The notes beneath the pieces were generated by a model. It was not told the DNA's origin. It saw nothing but the letters and a program-made list of their open reading frames with translations, and searched no databases. A DNA stretch of 64,000 nt from Squalus acanthias. Taxonomy: Eukaryota. Where the stretch lies: positions 148,926,001-148,990,000 of the forward strand of contig CM059432.1 in the NCBI GenBank assembly GCA_030390025.1, given 5' to 3'. Each line of letters starts with the position of its first letter. The first letter of the stretch is position 1. The position numbers were made by a program, and so were the translations under genes. Shown in pieces: positions 24,856 through 38,826 of this stretch.

Positions 24856-25920
24856 ATAAGAACACAAGAACATAAGAATGAGGAGCAGGAGTAGACCATA
24901 CGGCCCTGCGAGCCTGCTCTGCCATTCAATAAGATCATGGCTGATCTTCAACCTCAACTCCACTTTCCCATCCTATCCCCATATCCCTTGATTCCCTGAG
25001 AGTACAAAAATCTATCTCAGCCTTGAATATACTCAAAGACTCAGCATCCACAGCCCTCTGGGGCAGAGAATTCCAAAGATTCACAACCCTCTGAGTAAAG
25101 AAATTCCTCCTCATCTCAGTCTTAAATGGCCGACCCCTTATCCTGAGACTGTGCCCCCTAGTTCTAGACTCTCCAGCCACGGGAAACAACCTCTCAGCAT
25201 CTACCCTGTCAATCCCTCTTAGAAACTTATATGTTTCAATGAGATCACCTCTCATTCTTCTAAACTCCAGAGAGTACAGGCCCAATTTACTCAATCTCTC
25301 CTCATAGGACAGCCCTCTCATCCCAGGAATCAATCTGGTGCACCGCCTCGAAGGCAAGTATATCCTTTCTCAGATAAGGAGATCAAAATTGTACACAGTA
25401 CTCCAGGTGTGGTCTCACCAAAGTCCTGTACAATTGTAGTAAGACTTCCTTACTCTTGTACTCCAACCCCCTTGCAATAAAGGCCAACATGCCATTTGCC
25501 TTCCTAATGACTTGCTGTACCTGCATGCTGTCTTTGTGTTTCCTGTATGAGGACACCTAAATCTCTCTGAACACCAACATTTAATTGTTCTCACCATTTA
25601 AAAAATATTCTGTTTTTCTATTCTTCCTACTAAAGTGAATAACCTCACATTTTCCGACATTATACTCCATCTGCCACCTTATTGCCCACTCACTTAACCT
25701 GTCTATATCCCTTTGCAAGCTCTTTGTGTCCTCCTCACAGCTTACTTTCCCACCTAGCTTTGTATCGTCAGCAAACTTGGATACACTGCACTCGGTCCTT
25801 TCATCTAAGTCATTAATATAGATTGTAAATAGCTGAGGACCAAGCACTGATCCTTGCTGCACCCCATTGGTTACAGCCTGCCAACTAGAAAATGACCCAT
25901 TTATCCCTACTCTCTGTTTT
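24856..25920 (-). mobile_element. CR1 LINE 3' fragment
   Basis: [41 protein letters not shown], and a (cataagaa)n tail at the left end. Confidence 0.92.
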
Positions 25921-26178
25921 GGATAGTTTACCAGCGTAGTCAGACTATGGATTAAGAGAAAACCAAAAGAACCATTTACCAACAAATCAATCAAGTACAG
26001 GTAGAATATAAATTACCAACCATTAGTCTTCTTTGCTCTTCAAGATAATTAAGAAAAGGACAAGTTACGGAATGACAGAAGTAGTGAGCCTTTAACGTGG
26101 TATGAGGATTGATGTCAGAATGCTGCTTCAGTAATTCTACCCTCATACACATCCCTCCTGTACACGGTCATTAACATC

Positions 26179-26490
26179 GGGCAACACGGTGGCATAGTGG
26201 TTAGCACTGTTGCCTCACAGCGCCAGGGACCTGGGTTCGAATCCGGCCTCGGGTGACTGTGTGTGGAGTTTGCACATTCTCCCAGTGTCTGCGTGGGTTT
26301 CCTCCGGGTGCTCCGGTTTCCTCCCACAGTCCAAAGATGTGCGGGTTAGGTTGATTTGGCTATGATAAATTGACCCTTAGTGTTAGGGGGGATTAAATAC
26401 GTGGGGTTACGGGGATAGGGTGGGATATGTGTCGGTGCAGGCTCGATGGGCCGAAATGGCCTCTATCTGCACTGTGGGGATTCTGTGATT
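26179..26490 (+). mobile_element. HE1-like V-SINE
   Basis: tRNA-like head ggtggcatagtggttagcac...gggttcgaatcc. V-domain gtgtggagtttgcacattctccc...gggtttcctccgggtgctccggtttcctcccacagtccaaaga. CR1-like tail gggccgaaatggcctc. Confidence 0.88.
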
Positions 26491-26749
26491 CCCCAGGAAG
26501 AGAAGAAACATATGCTGAAGTACTGAAATAACATGGTAAAATCGTTTCTGAACAATGTTAATTAACTCGTTCAATAAGTTTTGGGAATAAAAGGGACAGG
26601 GGACGTTTTCTAAAAATTTTGGTTGAACATTTTTGATGAATACAAAAAAACATTAAATACAGCAAATAAAAGTACTGCAGATATTGACATTCATATCCAG
26701 ATTCTACAACGTGCACTGCAATGATTAATGAATTACAATATTTGACCAT

Positions 26750-27200
26750 TCCAATGTGGTCCTGGGTGACCTCCCATCCTTCGTAAACTTCAGCTCACCC
26801 AAAACACTATACCCGTATTGTATCGCGCACCAAATCGTGCTTGGCCATCACACCTGTATTTGGTGATGTACATTGTTTCCGAATCTCACCATGCCTCAAA
26901 TTTAAAATGCTCATCCTTGTGTTTAAATCCCTTCATTGATTCACCTCTCTCTTTCGCTAAACTTCTCCAAGGTAACAACTCCCCCGACCCAACAAAAGTC
27001 TATTCATCGGAGTCTAGCCTTTTCTGCATCCCCCTCTTCCTCCCGTCACTGGCACCCGTTCCTTCAGTCGCCTACGTCCCATGCTCAGGAATTTCCTCCC
27101 AAATCTGTCTGCCGCTTCACCTCCCTTTAAAGCCCTTCTTAAAATCCACCTCTCTGACCAAGCTTCTGGTCATCCCTCCTAATATCTCCCTTTTTTACAA
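26750..27200 (+). mobile_element. Old L2-like LINE 3' fragment
   Basis: Similar to 29200-29620 (aaacttcagctcacccaaaac, ctcatccttgtgtttaaatcccttcat, aaatccacctctctgaccaagc). Confidence 0.65.
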
Positions 27201-27444
27201 CAAGTTAACTGCTATTTTAAACCGCCATTACCCATCCCGCAACCCCTGTGCCTGCTCTCTGCTACTCTCACTGAGTTGCTGGATCACTTCTCAAATTTGG
27301 CTTCCAAATTCCTGGACTTCTCTGGACATCAAGACTACGCTTCTGCACTGGACTACACCCCAAGACTCATCTGCTGTGTCTCTGATTTTCTGTTTTGCTG
27401 CTACAATTTTGGTCAGCTGCAGCCCTTCCCCCACCACTGTTCTC

Positions 27445-28150
27445 TTTTTTTTTTATTCGTTCATGAGATGTGGGCGTCACTGGCAAGGCCAGCATTTATT
27501 GCCCATCCCTAATTGCCCTTGAGAAGGTGGTGGTGAGCCGCCTTCTTGAACCACTGCAGTCAGTGTGGTGAAGGTACTCCCACAGTGCTGGTATGGAGGG
27601 AGTTCCAGGATTTTGACCCAGCGACGATGAAGGAACGGTGATATACTTCCAAGTCAGGATGGTGTGTGACTTGGGAGGGGAACTTGGAGGTGGTGGTGTT
27701 CCCATGCGCCTGCTGCCCTTGTCCATCCAGATGGTAGAGGTCGCGGGTTTGGGAGGTGCTGCCGAAGAAGTCTTAGTGAGTTGCTACAGTGCATCTTGTA
27801 GATGGTACACACTGCAGCCACAATACGCCGGTGGTGGAGGGAGTGAATGTTTAAGGTGGTGGATGGGGTGCCAATCAAGCAGGTGCTTTGTCCTGGATGG
27901 TGTCGAGCTTCTTCAGTGTTGTTGGGGCTGCACTCATCCAGGCAAGTGGAGAGTATTCCATCACACTTCTGCCTTGTAAATGGTGGATAGGCTTTGGGGA
28001 GTCAGGAGGTGAGACATTCGCCAGAGAATACCCAGTCTCTGACCTGCTCTTGTGGCTGGTCCAGTTAAGTTTCTGGTCAATGGTGACCCCCCAGGGTATT
28101 GATGGTGGGGGATTCAGCTATGGTAATGCCGTTGAATATCATGGGGCATT
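27445..28150 (-). mobile_element. CR1/L2-group LINE family B, 3' fragment
   Basis: LNIHSLHHRRIVAAVCTIYKMHC remnant. Poly(A) end at ~27445. Same family as 31695-34665 and 53788-55487. Confidence 0.85.
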
Positions 28151-28819
28151 CTCTGTTGAGCCTGTGACTGGCTGACTCGTTCTTCTGGCTTTTCAGTTTT
28201 GTTGGTTTCTGGCTAGTGGTTTACATTTCTCTGCCGCTTCTGATCTACGGTGACCAACAACGTCACCATCATCTTTCTGCCCCGCAATCGATTCTACACA
28301 CCTGGATCCTCATTCCCATGGAAATAAGCTCCATCCTCCAGCTTTCAAATAGCTTCTGGATTTCACTTGCCCGCTACACATATCGCCGAACTTGGACAAC
28401 AGTTCGTCGATGCTCCATGCTGACTCCACCCTACCTACGCCAACTTTATCCCTCCACGGGACCTAACTCTGGACTCCATCCTATTGTCTCCTATCTATTC
28501 CCTGTTACTAGCAGGAAATATGTATCCGAATGACTGCTACATAACCAGGCCTATAAAACTTGAGTTTCTCCCGTGTCCATTAGCACGCGCATTTTGGCTG
28601 CCGCTCCGGACCCGAGCCAATCACTTCTATTTCCACTTTTATCTCCCCCTTTTTCTTTTCTCTCTACACCTCCTCATCTCTCCTCTCTCACATACTCTGC
28701 CCTTGCAGGGCTACGGGGATGGAGCGGGGGAATGGGATTGACTGGATTGCTCTAGAGAGCCAGCACGGACTCGATGGGCCGAATGGCCTCCTTCTGTGCC
28801 GTATGACTCTATGACTCTC

Positions 28820-29715
28820 GATGACAGCCAGCTCTACCTCACCACCACTTCTCTCGATCTCTAAATTGTCAGACTGCTTGTCCGACATCCAATACTGGAT
28901 AAGCAGAAATTTCCTCCAGCTAAATATTAGGAAGACCAAAGCCATTGTCTTCGGTCCCCACCACAAACTCGGTTCACTAGCCACAGACTTGACCCCTCTC
29001 CCTAGCATCTGTCCGAGACTGAACCAGACTGTTCGCAACCTCGGTGTCATATCTGACCCTGAAATGAGCTTCTGACCACATATCTGTGCTATAACGAAGA
29101 CCACCTATTTCCACCTCCGTAACATTGCCCGTCTCCACACCTGCCTCAGCTCATCTGCTGCTGAAACCCTCATCCTTGCCTTTGGTACCTCTAGACTTAA
29201 CTATTCCAACACACTCCTGGCTGGCCTCCCACGTTCTACCCTATGTAAACTTGAGGTCATCCAAAACTCGGCTGCTCGTGGCCTAACTCGCACCAAGTCC
29301 CGTTCGCCCATCACCACTGTGCTCGCTGACTTACACTGGCTCCCATTTAAGCAACGCCTCGATTTTAATATTCTCATCCTTGTTTTCAAATCCTTCCATG
29401 GCCTCGCCCCTCCCTATCTCTGTAATCTCCTCCAACACCCCGCCCCCGCCCGAGATATCTGTGCTCCTCTAATTCTGGCCTCTTGAACATCCCTGATTAT
29501 AATCGCTCTGGAATGCCCTCCCTAAACCACTCCGCCTCTCTACCTCTTTCCTCCTTTGAGACGTTCCCTAAAACCTACCTCTTTGACCAAGATTTTGGTC
29601 ATCTGCCCTAATTTCTCCTTATGTGACTCAGTGTCAAATTTTGTTTGATAATCGCTCCTGTGAAGCGCCTTGGGACGTTTTACTACGTTAAAGGTTTATA
29701 AATTAAAGTTGTTTT
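28820..29715 (+). mobile_element. L2-like LINE 3' fragment
   Basis: LSDCLSDIQYWISRNFLQLNIRKTKAIVFGP...VRNLGVI, and 3' end gtgaagcgccttgggacgttttactacgttaaagg. Confidence 0.88.
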
Positions 29716-31694
29716 GTTTTTTGGCTCAATGTTCATTTCTTCCTCATGCTTCTGTGAAATGTCTTGGGACTTTTTCTTCAGAATCGTAAAAGTTCCATCC
29801 AATACACCCAAATCTACAAAACCTCATTGAAGCAACTGCAGAGTTTTGTAAAAGGCTGCTCAAAAATCCTTTTAATGATGGATTCCAAGAGAGCAATAAA
29901 CACAATAGCCCCATACTGTTGCCAAATATTATTTCAAGGGGAAATGAAAGATTCAAGTACTATTCACCACTTTGTTCTTCTACACTTTCATTTGTTGCTT
30001 TATATAAATTTAAGTACATTTTTATGGTATTATTCACTTGAACCAGCTGCTGGTTAGAAAATAATTTGCTTAAACTAAAGCAGCTGCTTTCAAAAATGAT
30101 AAAAAAACTTAGAAAAACATTTACAAAGTCTCAACGAATCCAAAACTCTTGTTGGAAAGCAAAATTTATACACATCTGGGCAAAATCAACGCAAAAATCT
30201 GAAAAACAAGAGTACCAAAAGGACAATGCGGGGAAGCAAAGTCGACACTAAAACATTTACAACAAATTTTTTAATTTTTTTTTAAACCCAACAAGATGGT
30301 TATGTTGCTCTATTGTATTTACACAATTAATTTTATCTGCAAGAACCTTAACTGCACCCACAGCCTTTAAGATTTGGTACAATTAAAAATCAAGCATATG
30401 TTTTTTTTTGTTGCAGTAATTGCAATCTCAGTACTTCTTACTGTAAATCCTTAAAACTCAATTTAAAAGTTCCTACATCCAGAATTGCCATGCAATTAAT
30501 GCCAAAAAATGTATTTGTAATTATTTCCTTGACCATTTAGAAGTATTAATAGCAGCACCTACACAAATGTAGAAGTGAGCCAAGTATCAAATCAGCTGTA
30601 CCAATCCAGCTGCTGTGAAGCCCACAATAAACGTGTTACTGTGAGCCCGATCAGGGGTTAATCAGAAATTACTACCAGGGAGTTACAATATGAAAGTGGC
30701 TGATGTAAGTTGGATTCTCAGCTAAGTCTGTTTCCAAGGGCTAGACAGGAAAGAGTAACAATTAAGAATAACCGGCTTTCACAAAACTGATTACATTTTA
30801 GTTTTAGGTGGGAATTATTCTACGTGAATCTTTCGAGCTATCTGCTAGTCTAAACAAGTGCTTGATCCTTGTACCTGCCAAGATCCATTTTGCTCATCTT
30901 AGACAATCTACAATGCTGAACCACAGCACAACATGCAATAGCACTGCGTTATTATGTCACGTCCACAGCACATATCAGCAGACACTTGCTTTACAGTTAA
31001 AAATGGCACATCTATGAAAGAAGCAAGCAACAATGACGAACTTCCACAAAACCACACTTAAGGCTATTTAAAGTTAAAACTATGGATCTCAGGCAATTAA
31101 GCTGCTTTACATTCAGGATTAACATCCCCCCTCAACCCCACAAAGTATCAGATTTTAAGAATGCTGCAAAAAAAAAATCAAAAAAGTCATGTGAATTTTC
31201 ATGGATCATTATTTACAGGACTATAAACAGTGCTGCTCTGGAAGGAATTATTTTCATTGCATCGAATAATAAATTCAGACATAGTTAACCAAGTATTAAG
31301 TTTGCATGTAACAGAATTAAAATTAAAATATTTTCAACAATATTCATCATCGTAACCAATTTTTTTTTTATATAAAGAGTTATCTCAAATTACACACTTT
31401 TATCAAGGCCTACACTCAGCTAACTCACGCTATTATATTTACCTGAACAACATGGGGCATGGAACGACATCTCCTCGCTTATGTATATTCACAAACACTC
31501 AACATTCAGAGTTCAGCAGAAGCCAGAATGACTGATGTATATGATGAGTACAATCTACCAGTACGCATTACATCTATCCACCACCGCAAGCCTGATAATG
31601 TGTGCAGTCGGACTGATGCCAATTGGTTGGTATTGGGCCGTTTCAATGTTTGTATACAACATACTGATGTACTGGATTCCAAGGTGCTGTGTTC

Positions 31695-34665
31695 TTTTTT
31701 ATTCATTCATGGCATGTGGGCAAGGCCAGCATTTATTGCCCAGTCCCAACTGCCCTCGAGAGGTAGTGGTGAGCCACCATCTTGAACCGCTACAGTTTGT
31801 GTGGTGAAGGTACTCCTACAGTGCTGGTGGGGAGGGAGTTCCAGGATTTTGACCCAGCGACAATGAAGGAACGGCGATATATTTCCAAGTCAGGATGGTG
31901 TGCAACTTGGAGGGGAACCTGGAGGTGGTGGTGTTCCCATGCACCTGCTGCTCTTTTTGTTCTAGGTGGTAGAGGTCGCAGGTTTGGGTGGTGCTGTGGT
32001 GAGTTGCTGCATGCATCTTGTAGAGGGTACACACTGCAGCCACGGCGCGTCGGTGCTGGAGGGAATCAAGGTTTAAAGTGGTGGACGGGGCGCCAATCAA
32101 GCAGGCTGCTTTGTCCTGGATGGTGTCGAGCTTCTTGAGTGTTGTTGGAGCTGCACGCATCCAGGCAACTGGAGAGTATTCCATCAAACTCCTGACTTAT
32201 GCCTTGTAGATGGTGGAAAAGCTTTGGGGAGTCAGGTCACTCGCCGCAGAATACCCAGCATCTGACCTGCTGTTGTAGCCACAGTATTTATGTGGCTGGT
32301 CCAATTAAGTTTCTGGTCAATGGTGACCCCCAGGTTGTTGATGGTGGGGGATTCGATGATGGTAATACCACTGATTGTCATGGGGAGGTGGTTAGACTTT
32401 CTCTTGTTGGAGATGGTCATTGCCTGGCAGTTGTGTGGCGCGAATGTTACTTGCCACTTATCAGCTCAAGCCTGAATCCTGTCCAGGTCTTGCTGAATGC
32501 GAGCAAGGACTGCTTCATTATCTGAACACTGTGCAATCATCAGCGAACATCCCCACTTCTGACCTCATGATGAAGCAGCGGAAAATGGTTGGGCCTGGGA
32601 CACTGCCCTGAGGAACGCCTGCAGCGATGTCCTGGGGCTGAGATGAATGGCCTCCAACAACCACAACCATCTTCCTTTGTGCGCGGTATGACTGCAGACT
32701 TCAGTTTTACTAGGGCTCCTTGATGCCACACTCGGTCAAATGCTGCCTTGATGTCAAGGGCAGTCACTCTCAACTCACCTCTGGAATTCAGCTCCTTTGT
32801 CCATGTTTGGACCAAGGCTGTAATGAGGTCTGGAGCCAAGTGGTCCTGGCGGAACCTAAACAGAGCATCGGTGAGCAGGTTATTGGTGAATAAGTGCTGC
32901 TTGATAGTACAGTCGAAGACCTCTTCCAGCACTTTGCTGATGATTGAGAGTAGACTGAGGGGGCAGTAATTGGCCAGATTGGATTTGTCCTGCTTTTTGT
33001 GGACAAGACATACCTGGGCAATTTTCCACTTGTCAGGTAGATGCCAGTGTTGTAGCTGCACTGGCTCGAGGCACAGCTACTTCTGGAGCACAAGTCTTCA
33101 GCACTACAGCCAGGATGTTGTCGCGACCCACAGCCTTTGCTGTACCCAGTTCGCACAGCTGTTTCTTGATATCATGTGGAGTGAAGCGAATTGGCTGAAG
33201 ACTGACTTCTGTGATCGTGAGGACCTCAGGAGGAGGCCGAGATGGATCATCCACTTGGCACTTCTGACTGAGGTTGGTTGCAAACGCTTCAGTCTTGTTC
33301 TTTGCACTCTCGTGCTGGGCTCCGCCATCATTGATGGAGATATTCATGGAGCCTCCTCCTCCTGTTAGTTGTTTCATTGTCAACCACCATTCACGACTGG
33401 ATGTAGGAGGACTGCAGAGCTTTGATCTGATCCGTTGGTTGTGCGATCACTTAGCTCTGTCTGCAGCACACTGCTTCCGCTATTTAGCATGCATGTAGTC
33501 CTGTGTTGCAGCTTCCCCAGGTTGGCACCTCACTTTTAGGTATGCCTGGTGCTGCTCCTGGCAGGCTTTTCTAAACACCTCATTGAACGAGGGTTGGTGC
33601 CCAGGCTTGATGGTAATGGTAGAGTGAGGAATATGCTGGGTATGAGGTTACTGATTGTGGTGATATACAATTCTCCTGCTGCTGATGGCCCACAGCGCCT
33701 CATGGTTACCCAGTTTTGAGCTGCTGGATCTGTTCTGAATCTATCCCATTTCGCACAGTGGTAGTGCCACACAACACGATGGAGTGTCTCCTCAGTGGGA
33801 AGACGGGAGTTCGTCTCCACAATGACTGTACTGTGGTCACTCCTACCAATAACGTCATGGACAGATGCATCTGCGACAGATAGATAGGCAAGGACAAGGT
33901 CAAGTAGGTTTTTCCCTCACCACCTGTCACAGGCCCAGACTGGCAGTTATGTCCTTCAGAACTCGGCCAGCTCGGTCAGTAGTGGTGCTACCGAGCCACT
34001 CTTGGTGATGGACATTGAAGTCCCCCACCCAGAGTACATTCTGAGCCCTTGCTACTCTCAGTGCTTCTTCCAACTGGTGCTCAACATGGAAGAGTACTGA
34101 TTCATCAGTTGAGGGAGGGCAGAAGGTGGTAATCAGCAGGAGGTTTCCTTTACTGTGTTGGACCTCAAGTCATGAGACATCATGTGGTCCGGAGTCAAAG
34201 TTGAGGACTCCCAGAGGCACTCCCTCCTGACTGTGTACCACTGTGCCATCACCTCTGGTGGGTCTGTACTGCCGGTGGGACAGGACAGACCCACGAGTGG
34301 TGATGGAGAAGACTGGGACACTGGTTGAAAGGTATGATTCTGCGAGAATCACTATGTCAGGCTATGACTAGTCTGTGGTCAGCTCTCCCACTTTTGGCAC
34401 AAGTCCCCAAATAAAAGTGAGGAGGACTTTGCAGGGTCGACTGGGCTGGGTGTGCCTTTGTTGTGTCCGAATCCGGTGCCTAGGTCGATGCCGTCCGGTT
34501 TTATTATTCTTATAGTTTTCTGCAACAGTTTTTGATGCAACTGAGTGGCTTGCTAGGTCATTTCAGAGAGCAGTTAAGAGTCAACCAAATCGCTGTGGGT
34601 TTGGAGTCACATTTAGGCCAGACTGGGTGAGGATGGCAGATTTCCTTCCCTAAAGGGCATTAGGT
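31695..34665 (-). mobile_element. CR1/L2-group LINE family B, long decayed copy (endonuclease region, RT, 3' end)
   Basis: NYCPLSLLSIISKVLE, VTALDIKAAFDRVWHQG, LGVTIDQKLNWTSHI, MEYSPVAW, and N-terminal ILAESYL...HRQYRPTRGDGTVVH. Many frameshifts. Confidence 0.88.
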
Positions 34666-34895
34666 TGCTCCGTCTGTTAGACTGGACATTACAGAATATT
34701 ACTCCAGTGAGGCACCAATACTTCAGTCTCTTGGCAGAGCTGGTGCAAATTAACAACAGAGAATTAGTGGTTCATTACACTGATTCAGAAAAGTATCCGC
34801 CACTAGTCAAATTTTAAAGCCAAGACTTGAAGCACTTTACCAAGTTTAATCAAAACCCAAGGGATTGGAGATCACCAATGGTTCAGCTAGTTAAT

Positions 34896-35017
34896 GATGT
34901 GGAGATGCCGGCGTTGGACTGGGGTGGACAAAAATGAGAAGTCGCACACCAGGTTATAGTCCAACAGATTTATTTAATTTTACAAGCTTTCGGAGCTTTT
35001 CGCTCCTTCCTCAGGTA
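34896..35017 (-). mobile_element. Penelope-like pseudo-LTR 3' fragment, family P1 variant (solo)
   Basis: gatgtggagatgccggcgttggactggggtggacaaaaatgagaagtcgcac...ggttatagtccaacag matches the P1 3' tail at 48100, 61867 and 62994. Confidence 0.85.
34981..35017 (-). ncRNA. Minimal type I hammerhead ribozyme motif
   Basis: Minus strand UAC-CUGAGGA-A-GGAGC-GAAAA-GCUCC-GAAA-GC-UU-GUA: full catalytic core, 5-bp stem II, 3-bp stem I. Activity untested. Confidence 0.7.
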
Positions 35018-36702
35018 GGTTAGCAGTGAGAGAATCTCCCAGAATTCACAATTTAAACACAGACAAAATCTATTCAAATCTTTCCCTACATCAAAGACAC
35101 ACTAAGAGCACAGCCAAGACAATGAGATGTGTCCCAGGGGGTCCAACGTGTCAAACCACCTGCTGGCACTTCAATACCAGTTATATACATTGAACAAGCT
35201 CCATTACCAAAGTTATGATTGGTCCTTTAGTCTCCATAAGTATTATGTTATACAACACTCAACTTATCATTTCAAATGGACATTTTGGTCTAGCACCTGA
35301 CTACTGTCAAACTGCTCATGTACAGTACTAGGTCTTCTTGCTCTGAAAAAAATGTAAATGTTGCAGTGCTCTGTTGTTTCCACTAGAGGCCATTGGAGAT
35401 ATGAGATGAACTGACACTGAAGCATTGCATTCCAATTTATTGCACAGGGCTCCTAGTTCAGTGCTAAGATTTTCTGAAGGATCTGACTGAAGCAAGCAAG
35501 CTCAAGCGTTCAGATATGTGCCATTTTTCACCCTTGTATCTAGTGAGAATATAAACATTTCCCATTTCTTCTAAAAAAAAAAGCCAGACTAATTTTTGGG
35601 ACTGACAACAAATGTTATGAAAAACGTGCTGAAAGTAGGCACACAAATCTGAAGAATATAATTTGACTAATTCTTTATTTAAGAGGGTATTTTACATGAA
35701 CGCAACAACTGATCTTTGTAATGAATCAGCGAGAACCGTGAGCGTAAAGGATTAAAACTATTGCCTGAGAAACATAGGGTTTACTTGCTGAGCCTAGTGC
35801 AACCACTATGGAGTGTAAAAAGAAGAGCCCTTACCCCAGTCCTGTTCATACAAGGCTTGGGAAAGGCACCATGATTCACTTATTGGCATGCGTGGATGTA
35901 CAGAAATAAAATTGCTGTGTAAGATTTCTGCTTAGTGAACCTCAAAACTAAAAAAAATAGAAATCTAACAGTACCTTCCGTTTAAGAAAAGAGTAACTTA
36001 TTAAATCTGTTTCATCAAGCAATACTTATTGCACTTGCTATACTTCACCTCCTTAGTTAAAATTATCAACATCTAAGAAACTTGTATCAACAATGTTAAC
36101 TTTGGTCAGATGCCAAAGCAAAATAGGCATTGTTGCCATATAAAATTTGCATATGATGAGGCATAAAAACATGAATCATGATCAGATGGGAATTTAATGC
36201 TAACTACCTATTGGCCAGAATGGTCTAATCAAATACATTTATACAAATTTTTTTTTTTTTAATTCTCCTGAGAATGGTGACCGAGTACAGTTCACAGGTG
36301 TCTTGTCCCAGTGCCTCAGCCAAGAGGCTATTCTTTACGAAAGGCTGAGGGCCAGCAGGCTATTCGATCATTGTGGAAAAGGAATTACTGTCGAGCTGAT
36401 CCTGTCCTCACCCGATGTCTACACATGCATCTTTTCCAGCAATTTCACTGGATGGTAATCAGAAGTGGGAACCCTTGGCTGATTTTTCCCCCCCTCCAAA
36501 ACCTGGGAACAATGAAGCCAATTGTAGTGCCCCAACAGCTCACTAACAAAGAAAAGGTTTCTAATTTTAATTACCTACAGCTTTAATAATTTGAAGGGAA
36601 GGAAATTATTCAGCACAGTGGTGTTAAACATGTAAAAAAAAAATCCTGATAAAAATGAAGATCTAAAATGAAACATGGTGAATTACTGCTGCCAAATATA
36701 TT

Positions 36703-37471
36703 GGCCCGGATTTTGCGGTCAACTGCGAACAAACCGTACTCGACATTCATTACACTTACAGCTGCCCTCGGACTTTTCGTGGGCTTTTGCGCAGCAACTT
36801 AGTCATTGGGAGTCTGAAACAGCGCGGCGCCCTCTACAGGGGATCTGGGACCTGTACCAACAGGGCACGCAACAGCATGTCTCTTCAACCAATCAGATTG
36901 AAGGATCCTTACAGAGGCACGGAGAGTCTGAACCAGGAAGTGTCAGTTAGAATATTTAAATCAATGTAAAGTCATGTATAGAAAGCAAAATAGAGAGGGA
37001 AACAAAGATGGGATTAAGAGAGAGCAAGAAAAGAGACAAAAAGAAAAAGTAAAAAAATCATTTTTAATTTTTTCAAATTTCTAGCAGCAAGTAAAATCTG
37101 AAGGAATGAGACTCCGCCCTTGTAAAAGTAAATTTTCAGTGCCAGAGAGGTTGTTTGGCAGTAAGTAAGACTTATCACGTCATTAAAAATGTACTTACAC
37201 TTGAATGGACAAAAGCCCTAACTTCTTCTAGCGTGTTCAGTGGGTATCGAGTGGTTCAGTACCCCGACTTCACGCTCTTCATGTGCGTCAGTGCCGAATC
37301 TCTCAGCGAGATACCAGTGTAGCAAAGCTTCTGGAAGAGCAAGGCAAACTGGACAGCAACTTCCACGTTTTACAGCAGTTGCGCGGACGCCGGAAGTTAC
37401 TGTCCAATTTACTCAAGAATAACGGTGAGCGCCGAGAGCCTCACCATTTTTCTTACCGCAAAATCCGGGCC
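36703..37471. mobile_element. PIF/Harbinger-like MITE, family M1
   Basis: TIRs ggcccggattttgcggt / accgcaaaatccgggcc. Internal similarity to 4296-5026 and 51014-51713. Confidence 0.8.
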
Positions 37472-38678
37472 ACTGCATCTTGGGTGTTTAAATGTAAACT
37501 AAAGATGTATAAACTCAACAGTTGAGACCAATAGTGGTGTGGTGAGTACAACAAACACAGTCATCCAATGCAAAAAAATTTAAAAAAAAAGAGATTATAA
37601 AGGTGGTTGTCTGAAGAAAAAAAAAATCACAATTTTATACCATTTGCAATGGATAAAATGTACAAATAAATAATATGTGGGCAAAAACTCTTATTTTGTT
37701 ATTTGAGTAAATTTAACACTGCCTCATCACTTACTGTAACTAAACAGCTCCAATGAGCTGATTCCAAATTATCCTCCCATTAAATAGGTGGAAACACTGG
37801 ACAAATTAGGTCACGAAAAAAAGTACACATAGCATCAAATTCTCACTCAACCCACAGTGCTAATGCTCATTGATAAAACACTGGTTTATAATCTCATTCA
37901 AACAAATTCTAGTCTTTGACCCATTGAGAAAGACTAAGTAGTACTGGGTATAAAGCAAGTGGCTATTTATTTCATCACTATCACTGTCTTGGCAGATAAA
38001 AAGTTAAAAGCTTATTTATAAATCTTGATCCTTTCAGAATTAGTAAACTTTAAGAAACGCTGTCTACGGCCAGCATGACTATAAAAGCATATCTACATCC
38101 TGCGTAGTTATTACCAGCAAACCGCAACCAGCAGAAAAAATCCCAAAGAAATGAGTGACAACAAAGTATTGTTAATGAATATTGAAGGACAGCATCTGCA
38201 AGCATCAAAAAGTCGTCAAATTAATGCTCAAATGCCAGCGTCAGCAGACTTTGAATAGCAGGTTGAAGAAACACCTTCTATTCAATGGTGAAAATGTTCC
38301 TTTGACCTACCATTGGGCACTGGTGTACCTTTCAAAGTTAAGAATCGCACAGCAGAGTTAAAACATGCAACAGCAATCTGGTGCACAAAGTATCAACGCA
38401 ATATAAGCTGGTGGAAATAAGCTAACAATCGAAGCTCAGATTTCATAAATGCTCAAACTGCGAGTTAATTTCTAAAAGCACACCGTTACATTGCTGATAA
38501 AGTATCTGACATGAACCAGACCCACTATCTTTTCCTTCACCAGCCAAATCTGGATTTACTTACACACGTTATTGAATTCTACTGAGCTTAGATAGATATC
38601 TATTTGAAGATGATTTGTAAAAAAAAGCCAAAAAAATTAAGCAAGCTAAAATAGAAGAACACAGCAAGAACTGCTTAC

Positions 38679-38826
38679 CAGCTTTGTCAGACTTCTCTTT
38701 CTGTTCAAGCAGCTCTTCGCGTTGTCCACTGAACTGCTGAATTCTTGCACGGAGCTGAGAGATTTCCTCTTCTTTCATTTCCAATGTTTCATGCATCTGC
38801 CGTTTTGTCTCTGCGATTACCATTCC
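38679..38826 (-). CDS. GOLGA4: GOLGA4 exon, 148 nt, GMVIAETKRQMHETLEMKEEEISQLRARIQQFSGQREELLEQKEKSDKA
   Basis: CAG acceptor ending at 38827, GTAAG donor from 38678, phase 0-1. Near-identical to human GMVIAETKRQMHETLEMKEEEI. Confidence 0.97.

Noticed and set aside
26179..26255. tRNA-like sequence with A and B boxes
   Set aside because: It is the head of a V-SINE, continuous with the V-domain and LINE tail, not a tRNA gene.
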